From a candidate division FCPU426 bacterium (GTDB taxonomy: Bacteria; Oederibacteriota; Muellerivitia; Muellerivitales; Muellerivitaceae), in contig CAWCKJ010000002.1 of the NCBI GenBank assembly GCA_963796105.1, positions 1 to 64,000 of the forward strand: a stretch of 64,000 nt of DNA, given 5' to 3'. The position numbers and the translations under genes are program-made. Shown one piece after another: positions 58,607-64,000 of this stretch (position 1 is the stretch's first letter; every line of letters starts with the position of its first letter). The notes under the pieces were generated by a model. That model was not told the DNA's origin. It was given only the letters and a program-made list of their open reading frames with translations, and made no database searches.

Positions 58607-60407
58607 TTCAATCTCCTTTAAATTTTTGTTTGTCATTGCGAGCTTCGAACTTAGAAGCGAAGCAACCCCAGTCGGTGGTGGTTTTGATTTGTGTTGTTTT
58701 TGCACTTTCCTTTGTAATTTAAAACTTAAAATTCAAAATTTATAATTCAAGTTTTCAATGAATAATTGCAATTTTTCCAGTGGAAACTTGATTGTCCGCT
58801 TGAATCTTATAGATGTAAAGCCCCGCAGCTACTTTTGATCCCGATTGGTTCTTCAAGGCCCATTCCAACATGTTCACGCCAACGCTTCCAGAGATGGTCT
58901 CTGAATAAACCAAATTGCCCGTAAGGGAATAAAGGTTTAATTTGATCGAGGAAGCATCGGTCAGCGTTATTTTGAATTGAATAGGCGTTCCGTCCTTCGA
59001 AATGCTCGGCTCGGTTATAACGGCCAAGTTTGGTTCCGGTATTGGTGTGGCAATCGCGGCGGTGGGTGATGGAGTAGGTGTCGGCGTCGGCCTTTCGGTG
59101 CCCCAAACCGCGTTCATGATGATGCCGCCCCCATTGCCGGGTGCGTAAACATCCACAAGTTCATTTCCGCAATCAACTACCCAAGTTTGCGTGACGCCGG
59201 AATTGTTGAAAGCCAAGCAACTTGGATTGTTGTATAAAGTGGCTGGTGAACTGGGACCGAGTTGGGTTAAAGCCCCCATGTAATTACCGGTAGGTGAGGC
59301 GTAAACCACCCGGTTATTGTCCCAGTCGCTGATGAAAAGATTATTTTGGGCGTCGATGATGAGGCTGGCGCTATAAGTACCCAATGTTGGGGCAGTGGTG
59401 GAATAGGCTGGACCCGTGGGCCAGCTTGATATCCCATTGCCATTGAAGCCAGATTGGTAAACACCTGAGGAGTTGTACTGACAGATGGATGTCCCGGAAT
59501 TATTGACGTAATAATCGACATAATAATTTCCATTTGTATCCCAAGCCACGTCCTGCGCGGTTAACCCAGTTGGCGGGGAGATTTTTAATGATTGGGTGTC
59601 ATTTAAAACGGAAGTGACATAAACACCAGTATCATCAGCGATTAACAGACTCACAGGTGATGATGGGCTATTGAGCCTGACACCATTACATAAAAGGGCA
59701 TTGCTATCCGAAGTATATTCGTAGTCAATTTTGGAAGGCGTAGAGGTAAGTTGATAAGAAATCACGCCGTAGCCATATATGGGGACATAAAGAATATGGT
59801 TGGTATCAATGGCCATACTGCCAAGAAAGCCATTGGCGGCGGCAGGCGTAATAGTCCCAGGGGTAAAACTATAGTCAAAAGTACCAGTAGGGGAATACAC
59901 ATAAATATTACCATTTGCATCCCCGTCATTGACCGCGATGTAAGCCCCATCCGTCACAGCGCTCCAAGGATTAGTATTGCTGTTAAAAGTTGTTTGGGCT
60001 TCGGGCATGAAAACGGTAACCGCTGAACCTGCCCAAGCACTAATGGGTATGGGGGTGGGCGTGCAACCAGCCGCAGAAGCAATTTCAACTACCTGAATAT
60101 CAGACGATGTAGGTACGGAAAAAGTGTAGGACATAATATATGAATTGGTAGTGGTAGTAGGCATATCATCGCCTTCACTCGTTCTACGTGTAGTTGGTCT
60201 TTCCTGCCATCTTTGTTGTTGAGTACCGCTGGGGGTAATTTTTGGGGTACCTCCACTTGATGCCATACACAGAGCTGCTAAAAGGCTGTAATCGGCATTA
60301 GTTGGTATAGTGAAACTTGGGGTGGTACTAGAAGGGTAAGGAGAATTGGTTACATTAAGAATGGGATTAGTTTGTGCTACATTCTGGTACAAAAGGACTC
60401 CGAAATT

Positions 60408-61393
60408 CATGCTTCTGTATTAAGTGACCCTTGAAATAAAGGAATACATAGGTATACTGTCCGCTACGGGAGGTGGTACATGAGCTACCAGCGGATGAAA
60501 AGCATTAAAATTCTGAGGAAAATCCACACGGAAGAAGAAGCCCGCCAATGGGTGTGGAGATGCCGTTTCGGCGGGAAAGACTTTGTTTGTCCCCAATGTG
60601 AGGGCGAAAGCTTCTGGCAACACCAGGCCAAGCCTGAAGTGAGGGAATGTGACTATTGCCGGAAACGTCTTCGGCTTCGCGCCGGGACGATTTTTGAAAG
60701 CTCCAAGCTGCCTCTTTTAACCTGGGTCAGGGCCATCAGTTTGATGATGCAGGGCAAACGGGGTATTTCGGCCCTGGAACTGAAGCGGCATTTAAATCTT
60801 TCGGATCATTCGGCATGGCTTCTATTGCATAAGATCCGGGAAGGTCTTAGGCAAAAGGACGAAAGCTATACTCTAAAGGGCGTCATTGAGTTGGATGGGG
60901 CGGTTTTTGGGAAAAAGGCCAAGGAAAACCAAGTGGAAGTCTTGGTGGCGGTGGAAAGCAAGGAATGGGTGGATGAGAATGGTTGCAAGAAGGAAAAAGC
61001 GGGTTTTGCCAAGGTGAAGGTAGCTATGGAAACCAAGTGGGAGAGCCAGGAATTCGTGAATCAGACTATGGAAAAAGGCTCTTTCCTCAACACAGATGCT
61101 TCGCCAGCCTTGCGTGAACTCAAAGGAGTGGAGGCAGACTACCGGGTGATGGCCAATGACCCGAAAGAGTTGGAAAGTTGGTTGCCCTGGGTACACCGGT
61201 TCATTTCCAACGCCAAGGCCTGGATCATTGGAACTCATCATGGCGTTGATGCTAAGTATTTAGGCCGGTATCTAAGTGAATATGCCTATCGGTTCAACCG
61301 TCGTCATGATCCCGATTCCTTATTTCACCGTGCTTTGACCGCATGTGCCTTAGCAAAACCCATTACAGCACGGTCACTTTGTGCATAAGCATA
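60408..61393 (+). mobile_element. IS1595-family element (986 bp) with 8-bp TSD CCGAAATT
   Basis: 22-bp imperfect IRs, CATGCTTCTGTATTAAGTGACC and TATGCTTATGCACAAAGTGACC; TSD at 60400-60407 and 61394-61401. Confidence 0.93.
60480..61388 (+). CDS. IS1595-family transposase
   Basis: Zn ribbon CPQC..CDYC, AGTIF, IELD, TD, GTHHGV..YLSEY.YRFNRR. Confidence 0.95.
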   Translation: MSYQRMKSIKILRKIHTEEEARQWVWRCRFGGKDFVCPQCEGESFWQHQAKPEVRECDYCRKRLRLRAGTIFESSKLPLLTWVRAISLMMQGKRGISALELKRHLNLSDHSAWLLLHKIREGLRQKDESYTLKGVIELDGAVFGKKAKENQVEVLVAVESKEWVDENGCKKEKAGFAKVKVAMETKWESQEFVNQTMEKGSFLNTDASPALRELKGVEADYRVMANDPKELESWLPWVHRFISNAKAWIIGTHHGVDAKYLGRYLSEYAYRFNRRHDPDSLFHRALTACALAKPITARSLCA

Positions 61394-62245
61394 CCGAAAT
61401 TAAGTTGACAAGCGTTATTGAGATTAACTGCAATAGTATTTGGACCGCTTGGATTAAGAACATAATAAGTTGCAAGCGCATCATCTGAATCAATATATGG
61501 GGTTGAGGCCGGGATCACACCAGAAGTACTACCATTATCTGTCACTGAATTAATAATTGGGGCGGCAGTACTTTGGAGGGCTATTTGAATGACCAATAAA
61601 GTATTTAGAGGACCTGAGGTAACAGTATATGGGACTGAACCACCCAAAACGGTAACGCCACTACTTGTAAATGTAACACCAGAAACGAATGAAGGAACAC
61701 AACTTTGCCCCTTCGCCTCCTGGGGTATCGACATGATTAAAAATAGCGCGGGGAGGAGCAGGGCTCCCAGGCTCCGGGATAGGTTCTTTTTAGACCTGAA
61801 TAAAGACTTCATAGTCAATCTCCTTTAATTTACCGACCCTGTTTAGTGGTTTCTCGGTTTGTTACTCCCCTGAATAATGACCTTCTTTAATTCAACATTC
61901 AAAATTAAGAATTCAGCATTGTTTTTACAGTCTCTCGGCTGTTTCTGGTGGGTAATGAAGAGGTGTCGTCCATACCAAGCCGCATCAATATTTCACGTAG
62001 TAAAGTCTATCCTTGGATTAGGGTTTCCGCTAGGTTTAAATATGAATAATCTAAATAACAATTAATGTTAAATGAGAAACTTAACGTGCAGTTTACAAAT
62101 GACAATAAAAATGATCACAAAGTGGGGATTTAAAAGAACAAAGAGAATGCGGAATGAAAGTTGAACAATGGAAAAGAATTGGGTTTTAAAAGATCGATAT
62201 GATAATGTAAATATAATATTTATATTATCATGATATAATAAACCT

Positions 62246-63397
62246 ATGTTTGATCGGCTCCAAACCTTTCATAAACGAAAAAACGAAAGCGCCTTTCTTT
62301 GGGGAGCGCGGCAGACCGGGAAAAGCACTCTCTTGAAGGAATTGTTTCCCAAAGCGCCCTATTACGACCTGCTTCTTTCCGATGAGTACGCCCGCCTCTC
62401 CAGGAAACCCTCTCTCTTGAGGGAGGAAGTTCTCGCTTCCGCCCCGCCCGAGGGCGTTCCCATCATCATCGACGAGGTCCAAAAATGCCCGTCCCTGCTG
62501 GACGAGGTCCAATGGTTGATGGTCAACCAGGGGGCCGCTTTTATCCTATGCGGTTCCAGCGCCCGGAAACTCAAACGGGCGGGAGCTAATTTGCTGGGAG
62601 GGAGGGCCCTTCGCTACGAGCTTCATCCCCTGGTCAGCGCTGAAATACCCCGGTTCAACCTGGAAAGGGCGCTCAACCATGGGCTCTTGCCGCGCCATTA
62701 CCTTGTTGAGGACGCCGAAAAACTCCTGGCCGCTTACCTGGGGGATTACTTGAGGGAAGAAATCGCGGCTGAGGCGTTGGTCCGCGACATTCCGCTGTTC
62801 GCGCGTTTCCTGGAAGCGGCGGTTTTCAGCAATGGGGAAATCCTGAATTACGCCAATATCGCGGCTGATTGCGGCGTGAGCGCGCCGACAGCCAAGGAAT
62901 ATTTCCAAATTTTGGAGGATACCCTTTTGGCGCGGACGCTTCCTTCCTACCGTAGGAAGCCAAAGCGCCGGGTTATCCAAGCGCCCAAGTTTTATTTTTT
63001 CGACGTGGGCGTGGCCAACCACCTTTTGAGGAGGGGAAAAATTGTCGAGGGCGGCGAGTCATTCGGAAAAGCCTTTGAGCATTTCATGTTCCAGGAAATT
63101 TGGGCCCATAGCCGTTACAGCGGCCTGGATTATCCGGTGTCTTATTGGCGGACAGCTTCGCAGTTGGAGGTGGATTTTATCCTGGGGGACAACGAGGTCG
63201 CGGTGGAGGTGAAATCCACTTCCTTGGCGGATGACCGCCATTTCAGGGGCCTTCGGGCGTTTCAGGAGGAATACAAGGTTAAGGAAGCCTTGCTAGTCTC
63301 AAGGGATCCGAAACCCCGCAAGGTGGGGAACATTCGTGTTTTGCCCTGGGAAGTTTTTCTGGGAGAGCTTTGGTCCGGAAAGTTGATGACCGGCTGA
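62246..63397 (+). CDS. AAA+ ATPase with DUF4143
   Basis: GARQTGKST, IDEVQ, CGSS, PKFYFFDVG, YWRT..EVDF..AVEVK. Confidence 0.92.
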   Translation: MFDRLQTFHKRKNESAFLWGARQTGKSTLLKELFPKAPYYDLLLSDEYARLSRKPSLLREEVLASAPPEGVPIIIDEVQKCPSLLDEVQWLMVNQGAAFILCGSSARKLKRAGANLLGGRALRYELHPLVSAEIPRFNLERALNHGLLPRHYLVEDAEKLLAAYLGDYLREEIAAEALVRDIPLFARFLEAAVFSNGEILNYANIAADCGVSAPTAKEYFQILEDTLLARTLPSYRRKPKRRVIQAPKFYFFDVGVANHLLRRGKIVEGGESFGKAFEHFMFQEIWAHSRYSGLDYPVSYWRTASQLEVDFILGDNEVAVEVKSTSLADDRHFRGLRAFQEEYKVKEALLVSRDPKPRKVGNIRVLPWEVFLGELWSGKLMTG

Positions 63398-63449
63398 TTT
63401 CAGGCCCCGGGCATTCAGCAATTTAAAATTGAGAATTTAAAATTCGGTC

Positions 63450-63547
63450 GTCAAGGGACGACCCTTCGGGTCGCCACTTGGGCGGGGTAAGTACCCACGC
63501 CCAAGTACACGGCTAGGCCCTCGGGCATGCCCGTGGCCAAGGCAGCC
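63450..63547 (-). mobile_element. Three-hairpin mini-element, copy B
   Basis: Present here but absent from the two paralogous 3' UTRs (AATTCGGT|GGTTTTCC at ~54990 and ~58370). Confidence 0.75.
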
Positions 63548-63558
63548 TGTATTTCCGC

Positions 63559-63768
63559 TCAGCGGATCGTTGCCGACGCGTGCTTAAGATTTCGGTGGAA
63601 CCTGGGGCCGACGAATTTCTTCTTGGTGTATTCCTTCTTGGGGCCGGTATAGGGCGGGCGTGTGTGGACGCGCTTGGGCTTGGCCGTGGAATTGTCCTGA
63701 GCGAAGCTCATTCCCGTGAATGCCGCCAGGAACATCATGATCATTCCGATGTTGAATATTTTTTTCAT
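63559..63768 (-). CDS. Small secreted cationic peptide, copy 3 (69 aa)
   Basis: GGAGG RBS; nearly identical to copy 1 with a shortened tail. Confidence 0.85.
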   Translation of the reverse strand: MKKIFNIGMIMMFLAAFTGMSFAQDNSTAKPKRVHTRPPYTGPKKEYTKKKFVGPRFHRNLKHASATIR

Positions 63769-64000
63769 GTTTTCCTCCAAAAAATGATGAACCCAGTTTA
63801 ACCACAGGGACTCATGCCGAACCACTATAAGGCTTAAAATGAAAGTTCGGTATAGCACCGATTTCATTAATTTAATTATGGAAAATCGGCGCAGAGACTC
63901 AGCAACAGCAAAACCCAACACCTCAATTAGCTGGGATTCAGGGGATGCAGGGGGATGGCAAAAGAAGTGATAGGCATAATCTTCAGATCATGACAAGAGC

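Larger units (their letters stand above)
58755..61812 (-). pseudogene. Secreted modular protein (N-domain, propeller, CTD) split by IS1595
   Basis: Removing the IS and one TSD joins ..ACQL-NFG-VLLYQNV.. in frame (about 687 aa). Confidence 0.9.

Noticed and set aside
55001..63768. RiPP cluster, DGR or integron explanation for the peptide cassettes
   Set aside because: No modifying enzyme, reverse transcriptase, template/variable repeat pair, integron integrase or attC pattern is visible in the window.

Overview
Bacterial chromosomal window, GC-rich in its core genes. The lineage cannot be fixed from sequence alone. PorV-like barrels and Thr/Pro-repeat proteins with FlgD-Ig-type C-terminal domains suggest an FCB-related or uncultured lineage such as FCPU426 or Goldbacteria, which is an inference. 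1-4.1 kb is one end of an integrative element: a VirB8-like fragment, a TPR-GGDEF protein, two SpoVG paralogues, an excisionase, a tyrosine integrase and arm-type repeats, abutting the 5' side of tRNA-Leu(CAG). 4.4-36 kb is mostly housekeeping: M16 protease, YggT, sugar ABC transporter, yqeK, argS, tadBC, glyA, two TolB-like proteins, pheA-hisC-tyrA-aroA-cmk and an adenylate cyclase. 36-64 kb is an accessory island and holds the best candidates for new biology. (i) Four modular secreted proteins, including a 2385-aa PT-repeat giant and an S53 protease, share a propeller plus a T9SS-like C-terminal domain; the giant is coupled to a PorV-like barrel gene. (ii) Three paralogous signal-peptide plus cationic-peptide genes, two directly behind a cargo gene. 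(iii) A ~100-120 nt three-hairpin mini-element with compensatory changes, one copy of which frameshifts a PIN toxin. (iv) A 1.1-kb non-coding mosaic of repeat families including a 10 x 43-bp array that is not a CRISPR. The island also carries an IS21 inserted in a REP-like motif, an IS1595 splitting a cargo gene, a MntA/HepT pair and a DUF4143 AAA+ ATPase.
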